64,000 nucleotides of DNA, taken from positions 32,001-96,000 of the forward strand of contig JAZAMN010000002.1 in the NCBI GenBank assembly GCA_036229005.1. Reading direction: 5' to 3'. A model generated the notes under the pieces. It worked only from the letters and a program-made list of their open reading frames with translations, made no database searches and was not told the origin of the DNA. Both the position numbers and the translations under genes were made by a program. Positions 18,851 to 29,204 of the stretch are shown one piece after another. Numbering within the stretch: position 1 is the first letter of the stretch; every line of letters starts with the position of its first letter. The stretch comes from Myxococcota bacterium. GTDB lineage: Bacteria > Myxococcota_A > UBA796 > CAJQPC01.

Positions 18851-21800
18851 TCAGTCCTGGAGCAGCGCGCGCACCCGCTCTTCCGCGACCATGAAGGCGG
18901 CCACGTTGTTCGCGCGCGCGAGCACCGCGTCCGTCCCGGCCCGCAGGCGCTTGAGGTCGCCCCAGACCAGGCGGTGGCTGAGGCGCTCGACGTTCAGGCG
19001 CAGGTCGCCGGTCAGGGGGGTCTTGGAGATGACCTCGCGCAGCAGCAGCAGGTAGCGGTTGCGGACCATGCCCATGGCCACGTTGTCCCACTTGTTGCTG
19101 GCGATGTAGTCCTCGACCTTGGTGACGCCCCCGAGCAGCCCGGAGGCTTCTCCGATGGCCAGGAAGCGCACCATGGCGTCCCGGTCGGAGTCGCCGTTGT
19201 TGGCCTGCAGCCGGGCGATCTCGTAGGCGAAGGTGATGTTGTCCATCGCCACCACCCGCTCCGCGACGTTGAGCGGCAACCCCTTGTCCACGAAGCTCTG
19301 GACGACCTGGGGATCGTAGGTGCTCAGGCTGCGGGCGTGTCGGCCCACGCGGCTGAGCAGCGACTGCGCCTTCTCGAGCTGCTCCAGGGTGGGGATGCTC
19401 TCGCCGGGGCTCATCCAGGTCGCGCAGAGGCGCGCGATGGAGCGGGTGACCCGGGCCCAGGCGTCGTAGCGGGTCTGCAGCGGCGCGCCGGTCTTGTTGA
19501 TGGCGCTGCGCAGGGTGTTGATGCGGAAGGCCTTGGCCGCCCGGAGGAAGCCGCCCATGATCTCGCCGGGGTGGCGGGGGGCCAGATCCAGCATCATCGG
19601 GAAGAAGGTGGCCCCCATGTCCGCGACCGTCTCGGTCAGGGACACGGTCATGCCGATCTCCTTGGCCAGCATGTGGCCCTCGACGCGCTCGGGCCAGGTC
19701 AGCCGCACCTTCTTGGGGAAGTAGCCCAGGAGGCGCTGATCAAAATCGGGGATCCAGGCGGGCTCCGCGTCGTGCAGCGCGCGGTAGACATGCATCTTGA
19801 CGTGACTGGAGAGCACCGCCAGCTCTGGGCGGCTCAGGCCGGCGCCCGCCTCCCGGCGGCGGAAGAGCGCGTCGCTGCCCGGCAGGGTGAGGGCCGAGCG
19901 GCTGGGGCTGCCCTGCTCCTGGATCCAGGAGATGGTGCGGCCGAAGCTGAAGGGGTCATCGATGGAGCGGATGCGGTCGATCGAGAGCTGGCGGGCGTGG
20001 GCGTCGTTGTTCGCGAGCACCGAGCGGGTGACGGATCGGGTGAGCTCCGCGATCAGCTCGTTGCGCTGCTCGACGTTGACCACCTGATCCCGGACCAGGC
20101 CGCCCAGGAGGATCTTGAGGTTGACCTCGTGGTCGGACATGTCGACGCCGCCGGAGTTGTCGACAAAGTCGGTGTTCAGGCGGCCGCCGTTGAGGCCGTA
20201 CTGAACGCGCGCCGCCGCCGTGAACGAGAGGTTCGCGCCCTCGCCCACGGCCCGGGCCCGGATCTCGTCCGCGTTGATGCGCAGGCGGTCGTTGGGCGGG
20301 TCATCGGCGTGCTCGTGGGTCTCCCAGCCGGCCTTGAAGTAGGTTCCGATGCCGCCGCACCACAGCAGGTCCACCTCCATGCGGAGGATCAGGCGGATGA
20401 CCGCCTCGGGCGGCAGCTCATCCTTGAGGGTGCCCAGCATGGCCTTGGCCTGGGGGCTCAGGCGGATGCTCTTGGCCTTGCGGTCGAACACGCCGCCGCC
20501 CTCGGAGATCTTGCTGGTGTCGTAGCCATCCCAGCCGCGCACCGCGCGGAACAGGCGCTTGCGCTCCTTGTAGGAGCTCTCCGCGTCGGGCTCGGGGTCC
20601 AGGAAGATGTGCAGGTGGTTGAACGCCGCCCGCAGCTTCATGGTCGGGTACTCGATCACACCGTTGCCGAACACATCGCCGCCGGTGTCCCCCACGCCGA
20701 TGGCGGTGAAGGTGTCGGTGCTGGGGTCCAGGCCCATCTCCAGGAAGTGGCGGTTCACGCACTCCCAGGCGCCGCGGGCCGTGATGCCCACCTTCTTGTG
20801 GTCGTAGCCGTGGCTACCGCCCGACGCGAAGGCGTCCCCCAGCCAGAAGTCGTACTCGTCGACCGCGACCTGGTTGGCGGTGTCGGAGAGGTGCGCGGTG
20901 CCCTTGTCCGCCGCGACCACCAGGTAGGGATCCCGGCCCCCATCGTGCATCACCACCTGCGGCGGGTTGATGACCTCGCTCCCCCGATAGTTGTCGGTGA
21001 CGTCGAGCAGGCCCCGGATGAACCAGCGGTAGAGCTCATCGGCCTTGCGGCGCCGCTCAGCCCGGTCATTGATGGTCTTGCGGATGCGGAAACCACCCTT
21101 GGCGCCCTCGGGCACGATGACCACGTTCTTGACCATCTGGGTGGTGACCAGGCCCATGATCTCCACGCGGTAGTCCACGCGGTCGGACCAGCGCAGGCCA
21201 CCGCGAGCGACCGGGCCGCCGCGGAAGTGCAGGCCCTCCATCTCGGGGTGGTGCACGTAGATCTCGTACATCAGCCGGGGCTCAGGGACGAGCCCCTCGA
21301 GCTGGGCGTGCTCGATCTTGTAGGAGATGTACCAGGCCTTGCGGTCGCTGCGGAAGAAGTTGGTGCGCACCGTCCCCTGCATCAGCCGGAACAGAGAGCG
21401 CAGGGCGTAGTCCTCGTCGCCGTCGAACACGCGGCGGAGCCCGTCCTGGACCGCGTCGGCGGCCTTGGCCATCTTGCCCTTCCGGGCGCTCTCGCTGATC
21501 TCCGGGTCGAAGCGGGCGTGGAAGTACCCGACCAGGCGGCCCAGCATCTTGGGGTGCGCCAGCAGGATGCCCCCCAGGCGCTCGCTGCTCAGGCGCAGGC
21601 CGAGCTGGTTGAGGTGGCCGTGGTAGGCGCGCACCAGGTCGACATCCTTCCAGGACAGCCCCGAACGCAGGACCAGCCCGTTGAGGCGGTCATCGGGGCA
21701 CTGCTTGGTGAACACCGCCTCAAGAGCCTCGACCAACAGCTCCCCGCGGGCCAGCAGCTCCTCGGGCTCCATCCCGAAGGCGCCGTGCAGACGGAAGGTA

Positions 21801-23539
21801 TCCATCTCCCGGGCCGGGCAGTTCTCGGGGGTCACCTTGTCGGCGAACTGGTCGATGACGACGAGCCCGAAGTTGTCCAGCACCGGCAGGGCGTCGGACA
21901 GGATGATCGAGCCCACCTGATACAGCCGCAGATACATGTCCCCGCGGTACTGGAACACCGTCGCCGTGACGGGACGCACGCCGGCCTCCAGCTTCTCCAG
22001 GTGCAGGATGTCGCGGCGGGCGCGCTTGGGCGTGGCCCAGGACTGGTAGTCCGGCTCGAAGGCGTCGGAGTACTTGGCGAACAGCCGCTCGGTGGTCTCC
22101 TCGTCGTAGTCCTCGGACAGCACGTCGTAGAGGCGGTTGTCCCAGGGGGTGGCCAGCTCCACCAGGCGGTCGTGTAGCGCCTCGGCCTGCTCATCCTCCA
22201 GGCGCCGCGCGCCGGTCAGGTAGTAGTGGACCAGGACGGTCTGGTAGCGGCCGACCAGCACGCCGTGGTCGGAGTAGGTCGCGCCGGTGGACTCGTGCAG
22301 CACGTTCTCCATGCGCACGCGGGTCTCCTCGGCGTACTGGGCCCGGGGCATCGCGACGAGCACGAAGGTGATGCCGGACTTCTGCACCAGGAACACCTGG
22401 ACCTGCTGCCCGGCCTCCGCGTCCAGGACGCGGTCCACCATCCCCGTGATCTCCTCGATCGTGGCGGTGAACAGGTACTCCGTGGGGAGGCTGTCGAACA
22501 CGTTGGCCACGCCCTTGTAGCGCCAGCTCCCGGGCCGCGCGGTCTCCAGGGACAGGACCTGGGCCAGGATGCGGCGCAGGATGGGCACGCTGCGGGAGGG
22601 CTGGGTCACAGCGCGGAAGGTGAACATGCCGCGCATCACGAGCACGTGCTGGGGCTCACCCGCCTCGTCCGGCACCAACACCCGGATCTCGTCCACCCGG
22701 CCGGCGCGGTGCACCGGCGACTCCCGATGGCCCTTGACGACCTGAACCGGGGTCTCATCGAACTCGGCATCGTCCAGGCCGGGCGCGGCGATGTGCTCCC
22801 AGTGGGCGGAGACACACTCGGCCTCGAAGCCCAGGCGGCGGCCGGTGCCGTCAGCCAGCCCCATGAACACGAAGTTGTCGGCGAGCAGCCAGCGCAGGAA
22901 CTCGGAGGCCTCGCGGAAGTGGCCTTTCCCTTCGGTGTCGCGCGCGTCCAGGCGGGCGTAGAGGCTGGCCACCCGATCCACGGCGGCGGTCATCTCAGCA
23001 AAGTCCCGCACCATGGAGCGCGCCAGGCGCAGGTTGCCCTTGAGCGTGGTGTCCAGGTGATCCAGCTCCGCCGAAGGCACGCCGCTGATCTCGAACTCGG
23101 TCACCGACTCCAGCTCGTCCTCGTTGTCGCCCAGGCGCAGCATGCGGCCGCTCTCGTCGCGCCCCACCGGCATCACGGCGTTGAACCCAGACTCGTGCTG
23201 GGCCCCGACCTGCTCCAGCAGCAGGCGGATGGTGTCGACGATGAAGGGCTGATCCAACATCGAGGTGCGCAGCACCGCCGGCCCGTGCTCGCTGCGGACC
23301 AGCTCCGTCTCGATCTCGTCCTCCTTCCGGACCAGCGCCACCTTGAACGCTGACAGCAGCGCCTGGGGAACCTGCTTTGCGCCATAGCGGGCGATGTAGG
23401 GCTCGCGGAGCTGCGTGGCGACGGTGCGGGCGAACTCCCGGAACAGGCCCTGCTCGTCTTCGGGGAGAGAGGCCAGCGCCTCCTTGGCGTGGGCCATCAC
23501 CTTTCGGGCGCGGTTTGCGGACTTGCTCTGACGGTTCAT
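18851..23539 (-). CDS. gdhB: Large NAD-specific glutamate dehydrogenase
   Basis: ARGGLRWSDR, QMVKNVVIVPEGAKGGF, YLVVAADKGTA, GYDHKKVGITARGAW, GEGANL, DNSGGVDMSDHEVNLKI. Confidence 0.95.
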   Translation of the reverse strand: MNRQSKSANRARKVMAHAKEALASLPEDEQGLFREFARTVATQLREPYIARYGAKQVPQALLSAFKVALVRKEDEIETELVRSEHGPAVLRTSMLDQPFIVDTIRLLLEQVGAQHESGFNAVMPVGRDESGRMLRLGDNEDELESVTEFEISGVPSAELDHLDTTLKGNLRLARSMVRDFAEMTAAVDRVASLYARLDARDTEGKGHFREASEFLRWLLADNFVFMGLADGTGRRLGFEAECVSAHWEHIAAPGLDDAEFDETPVQVVKGHRESPVHRAGRVDEIRVLVPDEAGEPQHVLVMRGMFTFRAVTQPSRSVPILRRILAQVLSLETARPGSWRYKGVANVFDSLPTEYLFTATIEEITGMVDRVLDAEAGQQVQVFLVQKSGITFVLVAMPRAQYAEETRVRMENVLHESTGATYSDHGVLVGRYQTVLVHYYLTGARRLEDEQAEALHDRLVELATPWDNRLYDVLSEDYDEETTERLFAKYSDAFEPDYQSWATPKRARRDILHLEKLEAGVRPVTATVFQYRGDMYLRLYQVGSIILSDALPVLDNFGLVVIDQFADKVTPENCPAREMDTFRLHGAFGMEPEELLARGELLVEALEAVFTKQCPDDRLNGLVLRSGLSWKDVDLVRAYHGHLNQLGLRLSSERLGGILLAHPKMLGRLVGYFHARFDPEISESARKGKMAKAADAVQDGLRRVFDGDEDYALRSLFRLMQGTVRTNFFRSDRKAWYISYKIEHAQLEGLVPEPRLMYEIYVHHPEMEGLHFRGGPVARGGLRWSDRVDYRVEIMGLVTTQMVKNVVIVPEGAKGGFRIRKTINDRAERRRKADELYRWFIRGLLDVTDNYRGSEVINPPQVVMHDGGRDPYLVVAADKGTAHLSDTANQVAVDEYDFWLGDAFASGGSHGYDHKKVGITARGAWECVNRHFLEMGLDPSTDTFTAIGVGDTGGDVFGNGVIEYPTMKLRAAFNHLHIFLDPEPDAESSYKERKRLFRAVRGWDGYDTSKISEGGGVFDRKAKSIRLSPQAKAMLGTLKDELPPEAVIRLILRMEVDLLWCGGIGTYFKAGWETHEHADDPPNDRLRINADEIRARAVGEGANLSFTAAARVQYGLNGGRLNTDFVDNSGGVDMSDHEVNLKILLGGLVRDQVVNVEQRNELIAELTRSVTRSVLANNDAHARQLSIDRIRSIDDPFSFGRTISWIQEQGSPSRSALTLPGSDALFRRREAGAGLSRPELAVLSSHVKMHVYRALHDAEPAWIPDFDQRLLGYFPKKVRLTWPERVEGHMLAKEIGMTVSLTETVADMGATFFPMMLDLAPRHPGEIMGGFLRAAKAFRINTLRSAINKTGAPLQTRYDAWARVTRSIARLCATWMSPGESIPTLEQLEKAQSLLSRVGRHARSLSTYDPQVVQSFVDKGLPLNVAERVVAMDNITFAYEIARLQANNGDSDRDAMVRFLAIGEASGLLGGVTKVEDYIASNKWDNVAMGMVRNRYLLLLREVISKTPLTGDLRLNVERLSHRLVWGDLKRLRAGTDAVLARANNVAAFMVAEERVRALLQD

Positions 23540-23614
23540 TGCTTCACCTGGGGCAGGTTCTTTCAAGGTGCCCAAGACCCTAACGCAGGTTCAGAATCCG
23601 TCCTCCCGGAGCTG

Positions 23615-24556
23615 TCAGGGTTCGGCCACATCCACCGCCGACGAGGGGTAGAGCGCCCACGCGTCCCCCTCTCGAAACTCGACCACACCGAGCTTCCCGC
23701 CGTAGTGTGAAGAGATCCCCAGGTCGATTCCCAGCAGCGCGCCGCCGCAGCGCTCCGCCACCTGTCCGGTTCGCTGGGTGGTGTGACCGACCACCATCCG
23801 CCGCGCCCCCAGGGTCCCCAGCGCCTGCTGCAGCTCCAGGCAGGCCCGCTCGCTGCCGCTGACGTAGTCCCGGTACCAGATCGGCGAGTCCGTCCCGAGC
23901 TGACTGGGCGGCAGCCGCCCCTGCACCACCCCCGCCGCGAGCGCGTTCATGCTCTCTACCCCCAGCTTGGCGAACCCCGGCGTGATCCCCCCGTGCACGA
24001 ACACCGTGTCTCCCACCTGCGCGACCATCGGGCGCTCCCGCAGCCACGCCCCCAGCGTCCCCTGCGCCGAGAAGGCCTGCTGCCGCGCCTCAACGCTCCC
24101 GAAGTCGGCCACGTCGCCCTCACTCACGTAGCGCCAGTCGCCCGTCAGGTTCATCACCTCGTGGTTGCCCAGCAGCACGATGACCTCGCCCCCAGCGGCC
24201 GCCGCCTCCCCCTGCAGGCGCATCAGCAGCTCCAGCACCTCCTTGGAGTCCGGGCCCCGATCCGTCTGATCCCCCGTCTGCACCAGCACGGCCTCACCGC
24301 CCACCCAGTGGCCCTCCGCGTCGCTCAATCCCGCGAGCTGCAGCACCGCCAGGGTCTGAGGCAGATCTGCGTGCAGATCCCCGATCGCCACAACCCTCTG
24401 GGGCCAGGGGTCCCAAGACACCTCTGCAGCTCCCGGTGTCGGCGAGGTCACCTCGGCGCGGACCGCTTCGACAGCGGCCGCCGAGGGCGCCGCGGGCTGA
24501 GGCTGGGAGGGGGTGGTGCGCGTGCAGGCGAGGGCCAACCACAGGGCGGCGGACAT
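23615..24556 (-). CDS. Shewanella-like (Shelph) calcineurin-type metallophosphoesterase, lipoprotein
   Basis: GDLHAD, GDQTDRG, GNHE, HGG, GHT, IDLG; LALAC lipobox. Confidence 0.88.
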   Translation of the reverse strand: MSAALWLALACTRTTPSQPQPAAPSAAAVEAVRAEVTSPTPGAAEVSWDPWPQRVVAIGDLHADLPQTLAVLQLAGLSDAEGHWVGGEAVLVQTGDQTDRGPDSKEVLELLMRLQGEAAAAGGEVIVLLGNHEVMNLTGDWRYVSEGDVADFGSVEARQQAFSAQGTLGAWLRERPMVAQVGDTVFVHGGITPGFAKLGVESMNALAAGVVQGRLPPSQLGTDSPIWYRDYVSGSERACLELQQALGTLGARRMVVGHTTQRTGQVAERCGGALLGIDLGISSHYGGKLGVVEFREGDAWALYPSSAVDVAEP

Positions 24557-24624
24557 GGGTGCTCCGGGCAGAGGGCTCTGGGAGGGGCTACGCTGATTGC
24601 AGCACATCCGTGCGGAGGAGGACC

Positions 24625-25938
24625 ATGGACAGCGAGGATCCCAAGCTGCTGCCCGCCCTGGAGCGACTGGCAGAGCTGGCCCAGCAGAAGGGCGCGAGCG
24701 ACGTGGAGCTTCTGGACCTGCGCTGGCAGGCCAGCAGCGTCGAGGTGCGGGACGGCCGCGCCGGCCCCACACAGCACACCCGGGGCACCATCCTCCGGGG
24801 CCGCGTCTACGCCGGCGAGGGCCAGGTCGCTGGCTTCGCCACCAAGGATCCGGCCCGCGCCACCGAGGCGCTCTCCGACGCGCTCCTGCGCGCCCGCAGC
24901 ATGGCCCCTGCCCCCGCGGCCGCTCCCGCCGAGCGCTTCCCCATCAGCGAGCGCGGCCAGGGCTTGGACGACCGTCGCTACGGCCAGATCTCCGATCGCG
25001 AGCGCGCCGAGGTCGCCCTGGAGAACTTCTCCGGCTGCGACCTCAAGGGCGTCCACTGCCTGGGCGCTGACTACAACGACAACCGCAACCTGCGGGCCTT
25101 CTTCTCCACCCGGGGCATCGCGACCACCAACAGCGACACCCGCTACGACGTGCGCGTGCGCGCGAGCCTGGCGGACGGCAGCCACGAGACCTCCTTCCAG
25201 GCGGCCGGACGCGCCTTCGCGTCCATCGGCGTCCTCCCCTACGGGCGCGATCTCGCCGAGCGCCTCAAGGAGCTCGCCGCCACCCCGGTCCCCTTCCCCG
25301 GCGGAGACCCCGCCATCGTGCTGGAGCCCGAGGTCCTCTCCACCCTCGTGCACCAGCTCGGCCCCGCGTTCTGCGCCGACCGGGTGCAGGCCGGCGCCTC
25401 CTTCCTCTCCGGCCACGACGGCCCCCTGGGCAGCGACCGCGTCAGCCTGATCGACGACGGCAGCCTGCACGGCGCGCTGCTCGCCCGGGCCTTCGACGAT
25501 CGCGGCGTGCCCCCCATGCCCGTGCCCCTGATCCGGGACGGCGCGCTCGGGGGCCTCCTTCACAGCCCTGAGACCGCCCGCGAGGGCCAGGCCCGCCCCA
25601 CCGGGCACGTCCTGGACGGCAACCTCTCCCCCAGCAACCTGCTGCTGCGCCCCGGGCGCCGCAGCCGCACCCAGATGCTCGGCGAGGTCCCGCTGGCCCT
25701 GCAGTTCGACCGCCTGGACGGCGAGCTGGATCTGCGCACCGGGCGCTTCGAGTACCGCGGCCCCGCCTGGATCCTCGAGGCCGGCAAGCGCCGCGGACGA
25801 GTCGCTCAGGCCGTGCTCCGAGGCCACATCACCGAGCTCTTGGCCGGCGTGAAGGAGCTGGCCAACAACCAGCGCCGCACCCTGGACGTGGACTGCGCCA
25901 CCGCCGTGATCACCGACTTCCCGGTGAGCGCCGAGTAG
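24625..25938 (+). CDS. TldD/PmbA family protein (PmbA/TldE-like)
   Basis: SD GGAGGAG; LIDDG, FDDRGVP, LIRDG, PTGH, SPSNLLL. Confidence 0.85.
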   Translation: MDSEDPKLLPALERLAELAQQKGASDVELLDLRWQASSVEVRDGRAGPTQHTRGTILRGRVYAGEGQVAGFATKDPARATEALSDALLRARSMAPAPAAAPAERFPISERGQGLDDRRYGQISDRERAEVALENFSGCDLKGVHCLGADYNDNRNLRAFFSTRGIATTNSDTRYDVRVRASLADGSHETSFQAAGRAFASIGVLPYGRDLAERLKELAATPVPFPGGDPAIVLEPEVLSTLVHQLGPAFCADRVQAGASFLSGHDGPLGSDRVSLIDDGSLHGALLARAFDDRGVPPMPVPLIRDGALGGLLHSPETAREGQARPTGHVLDGNLSPSNLLLRPGRRSRTQMLGEVPLALQFDRLDGELDLRTGRFEYRGPAWILEAGKRRGRVAQAVLRGHITELLAGVKELANNQRRTLDVDCATAVITDFPVSAE

Positions 25939-25980
25939 CCCCCGAAGCCGAGCCTCCCAAGCGGGGCTCCATCTGGGCCG

Positions 25981-26982
25981 TCAGCGCAGGATCTGGTGCA
26001 TCGCCCCGAGCTGGCTGTGCACCGACCGCGCGAGCGCGAGCTGCCCCTGACCCCGGAGCAGGTTGTGCGCGCCGCGGGTCGGCGCGACCTTGGGATTCCA
26101 CCCAAAGTAGCGCTCCTCCAATGCGTCACACAGAAAGCGCGCGGACAGCTCCAGGCAGATGCGCTCCACGCCAAAGGGCAGCAGCACGCGCTGCCAGGAC
26201 TCCAGCGGCCGCTCCGCCAGGTAGCCCCGGGCGCTGGCCTCGAAGAGCTCCAGATCAAAGCGCGTCTCCGCGGCGTCTTCGGCCGCCGGGTTGCACCAGC
26301 TCCGCCAGGCATCGCCCAGCTCTACGCTCAGGGGCAGCCGCCCCATCGTGTCCAGGTCCAGCAGACAGATCCCCTGCCCGGCCTCGTCAAAGCGCAGGTT
26401 GGAGATCTTGAGGTCGCCGTGGGCGACCGCCGTCGGCTCGTCCAGCTCCCCCTGCCAGCGCTCCCAGAGCCCCAGCACCTCCTGCGCCAGCGGGGCGACC
26501 TGGTCGTGGAGCCGGTGATCCTTGTGGGCGTCCAGCGCCTGCTGCAGCAGCTCCATGTGGTGCGGCGTGTGGTGGGCCAGCGGGCGGGAGAACACGAACT
26601 CGTGCTCCAGGTCGCTCACAGCGTGGTGCCATCGGGCCACCAGCGCGCCAGCCGCCGCCGCGAGCGCCGGGTCGGACACCTTGTGCACGCTGCGCCCGGG
26701 GACCCAGGTCAGCGCCCGCCAGGGCCCCTGCTCGGTCTCCACCCACAGCCTGCCGTCGGCTGCGGGAATCACCCGGGGCGTGCACATGCCCTTGGCGGCC
26801 AGGTGCGCCGTCACCGCCGCGATGTCCTCGTTGACGCGCCCCGGGAACACCGGGTGCAGCTTCTGGACGACCGCAACAGGCGGTGTGCCCACCGCGTACG
26901 TCTCGTTGATCAGCCCGCCATCCAGGGGCTGATGTGGCAGTGAGCACAGCTCACTCCACGCTTGCAGGGGAGGTCTGGACAT
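25981..26982 (-). CDS. APH-superfamily phosphotransferase (N-acetylhexosamine 1-kinase-like)
   Basis: GGLINETY, HGDLKISN, LDLDT, ELSARFLCD. Confidence 0.85.
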   Translation of the reverse strand: MSRPPLQAWSELCSLPHQPLDGGLINETYAVGTPPVAVVQKLHPVFPGRVNEDIAAVTAHLAAKGMCTPRVIPAADGRLWVETEQGPWRALTWVPGRSVHKVSDPALAAAAGALVARWHHAVSDLEHEFVFSRPLAHHTPHHMELLQQALDAHKDHRLHDQVAPLAQEVLGLWERWQGELDEPTAVAHGDLKISNLRFDEAGQGICLLDLDTMGRLPLSVELGDAWRSWCNPAAEDAAETRFDLELFEASARGYLAERPLESWQRVLLPFGVERICLELSARFLCDALEERYFGWNPKVAPTRGAHNLLRGQGQLALARSVHSQLGAMHQILR

Positions 26983-27043
26983 GACAAGAGTTGTATCACC
27001 TTCCCCTGCCCCCGCCTCCCCCGCGATTCCTCCCGGAGCCCCC

Positions 27044-27613
27044 ATGTCCCGCCTGCTGACCCTGGCCCTGTTCTCCATCATGCTCGGCGCCACCTGCCGC
27101 AAGAACAACACCGACGTCACCGTCGACCCCACCGGTGGCGTTGGCCAGACCGACGGCAGCGAGGGCGCGGACGGCAGCAACGGGAGCGGCGGAATGGACG
27201 CCACCCCCGACCGCGACACCCCCGAGCACGTCGCCACCATCGTGGCCAACTTCTCGCGCGTCTACTTCGACTTCGACAGCTCCGAGCTGGCCCCCGAGGC
27301 CAAGGCCGCCCTGGACGCCAACGTCGCCCTCCTGCAGAAGTACCCCGACATCAAGGTGCAGATCCAGGGCCACGCCGACGAGCGCGGCACCACCGAGTAC
27401 AACATGGCCCTGGGCGACCGCCGCGCCAACGAGGTCAAGACCTACCTGGCCAACCAGGGCGTCGCCCCCAGCCGCCTGACCCTCATCTCCTACGGCGAGG
27501 AGATGCCCCTGGACGCCAGCGGCGGCGAGCGCGCCTGGTCCGTCAACCGCCGCGCCGAGTTCATCGTCACCTGGGGTGGCGACGGCCAGATCGGCTCCAG
27601 CACCGGCGAGTAG
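27044..27613 (+). CDS. pal: Peptidoglycan-associated lipoprotein (Pal/OmpA domain)
   Basis: YFDFDS, GHADERGTTEYNMALGDRRA, SYGEE, NRRAE. Confidence 0.92.
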   Translation: MSRLLTLALFSIMLGATCRKNNTDVTVDPTGGVGQTDGSEGADGSNGSGGMDATPDRDTPEHVATIVANFSRVYFDFDSSELAPEAKAALDANVALLQKYPDIKVQIQGHADERGTTEYNMALGDRRANEVKTYLANQGVAPSRLTLISYGEEMPLDASGGERAWSVNRRAEFIVTWGGDGQIGSSTGE

Positions 27614-27631
27614 TCCTGCCCGGGAGTCCCG

Positions 27632-28375
27632 ATGCCCGGCCTGCTCGACAGCCACTGCCACCTGGACTTCCCGGCCTACGACGGCCAGCGAGACGCCCTG
27701 CTCACCCGCGCCCGAGAGGCCGGGGTGCAGGGCGTCGTCGTTCCAGCGACCCACCCCGACACCTGGGCGCGCACCTGCAGCATGGCCGCCCTGCCCGGCG
27801 TCCGGGTCGCCCTGGGCCTGCACCCCGTGTTCATCCCCAGAGGCGGATTGGAACCGGGTGACCTCGCTGGCGCCCTGCAGTCTCAGCTCGTGGAGAGCGG
27901 GGCGGTGGCTGTAGGTGAATGCGGGCTGCACAAGGGCCCCATCCCCTTCTCCCTCCAAGAGCAGCTCCTGCGCGTCCAGCTCCAGGTGGCCCGCGCCCTC
28001 GACCTCCCCGTCATCCTGCACTGCGTCGGCGCCCACGGACGCCTGCTGGCTCTGCTACAGGACTTCGGCCCCCTACGCGGCGTGCTGCACAGCTACTCCG
28101 GCTCGGCGGAGATGGTGCCCGCCTATGCGGCGCTCGGGCTTCACTTCTCCTTTGGCTGGCCCGTGACCTGGGAGGAAGCGCGACGGGTGCGCTCGGCGCT
28201 CTCGGCCACACCGCCTGGCCGCTTGATGGTCGAGTCCGACGGCCCAGATCTCCCCCATCGACGAGGTCACCCGTCCGCAGACCCACCCCAGCCCGCGGAC
28301 GTCGCGGCGATCGCTGCGCACATGGCCGCCCTGGGCCACACGCCAGGCTGGGGGCCCTTCACCCCCTGGGACTGA
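27632..28375 (+). CDS. tatD: TatD family hydrolase
   Basis: DSHCHLD, GLHP, AVGECGL, VILHC, GVLHSYSG, ESDGP. Confidence 0.9.
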   Translation: MPGLLDSHCHLDFPAYDGQRDALLTRAREAGVQGVVVPATHPDTWARTCSMAALPGVRVALGLHPVFIPRGGLEPGDLAGALQSQLVESGAVAVGECGLHKGPIPFSLQEQLLRVQLQVARALDLPVILHCVGAHGRLLALLQDFGPLRGVLHSYSGSAEMVPAYAALGLHFSFGWPVTWEEARRVRSALSATPPGRLMVESDGPDLPHRRGHPSADPPQPADVAAIAAHMAALGHTPGWGPFTPWD

Positions 28376-28382
28376 GCGCCCC

Positions 28383-29189
28383 CTACTCGGCCTCCAGCAG
28401 CCACTCCAGCACCGCGGTGGAGAAGCGCGGTCCGTTCAGCCAAGGCGAGTGGCCGCTGTCCTCCAGCGTCCAGAGCTCCACGCGGTGGCTGCAGCCGGTG
28501 TGGCGCTCCACCGCCGTCTCGTCCTGGTTCGTGCGGGTCAGGTCCAGGCGCGCGCCGGCCTCGCTCCCGGTGCACCCCGCGCGCTCGGACCAGCGCGCCA
28601 CCGAGGCCTGGGCCCCGGGGTACTCGCCCTCGCTCCCCTCGTAGAGGATGGTGGCGTCGTCCTGACCGTGCAGGTGGAGCACATCCACCGGCTCGCCCAC
28701 CGCGCAGTCCGCCTCGTCCCAGGACACCGCCCCCGCCAACCCACCGATCGCGTGGATGCGGTCAGGGGCCTCGCAGGCCATCCGATAGCTCATGAAGTGG
28801 CCGTTGCTGTGGCCAAAGAAGCGCGCGCCCTCTTGGGCCCCCAGCTCCTGCTCCAGCTCGTCCTGAAGCCCGAGCAGAAAGCCCACGTCGTCGACCTCTG
28901 CCTCGGTGTTGCAGCAGAACTCCGTGGCGTCCCAGCTCTGGCGGCCGTCCTGGGGGCGCTCCAGGCCCTCGGGGAGCACCAGGTGAAAGCGCAGCGCGTC
29001 CACCTGCTCGGAGAAGCCCATGTACCAGTCCTGCCGCTCCGCGTGTGCGCCCAGGCCGTGCAGCAGGAACACCGTGGGGAGCGCCTGCCGGCCGTCCCAG
29101 TCGCTGGGGCTGATCACCTGGGTGGGGCGCTCGGCCGGCCCGATCAGGACCGGCTCAGGAGCGCAGGCGCTGAGCACAAAAATCAGCAA
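28383..29189 (-). CDS. Alpha/beta hydrolase lipoprotein (PHB depolymerase/LpqC-type esterase)
   Basis: LLHGLG, DDVGFL, GHSNG nucleophile, HGQDD, GH. Confidence 0.85.
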   Translation of the reverse strand: MLIFVLSACAPEPVLIGPAERPTQVISPSDWDGRQALPTVFLLHGLGAHAERQDWYMGFSEQVDALRFHLVLPEGLERPQDGRQSWDATEFCCNTEAEVDDVGFLLGLQDELEQELGAQEGARFFGHSNGHFMSYRMACEAPDRIHAIGGLAGAVSWDEADCAVGEPVDVLHLHGQDDATILYEGSEGEYPGAQASVARWSERAGCTGSEAGARLDLTRTNQDETAVERHTGCSHRVELWTLEDSGHSPWLNGPRFSTAVLEWLLEAE

Positions 29190-29204
29190 AACCCAGCTTC
29201 AACC

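Noticed and set aside
18518..22177. 1219-aa plus-strand ORF
   Set aside because: Antisense shadow of NAD-GDH; long stop-free reverse frames are expected at high GC3
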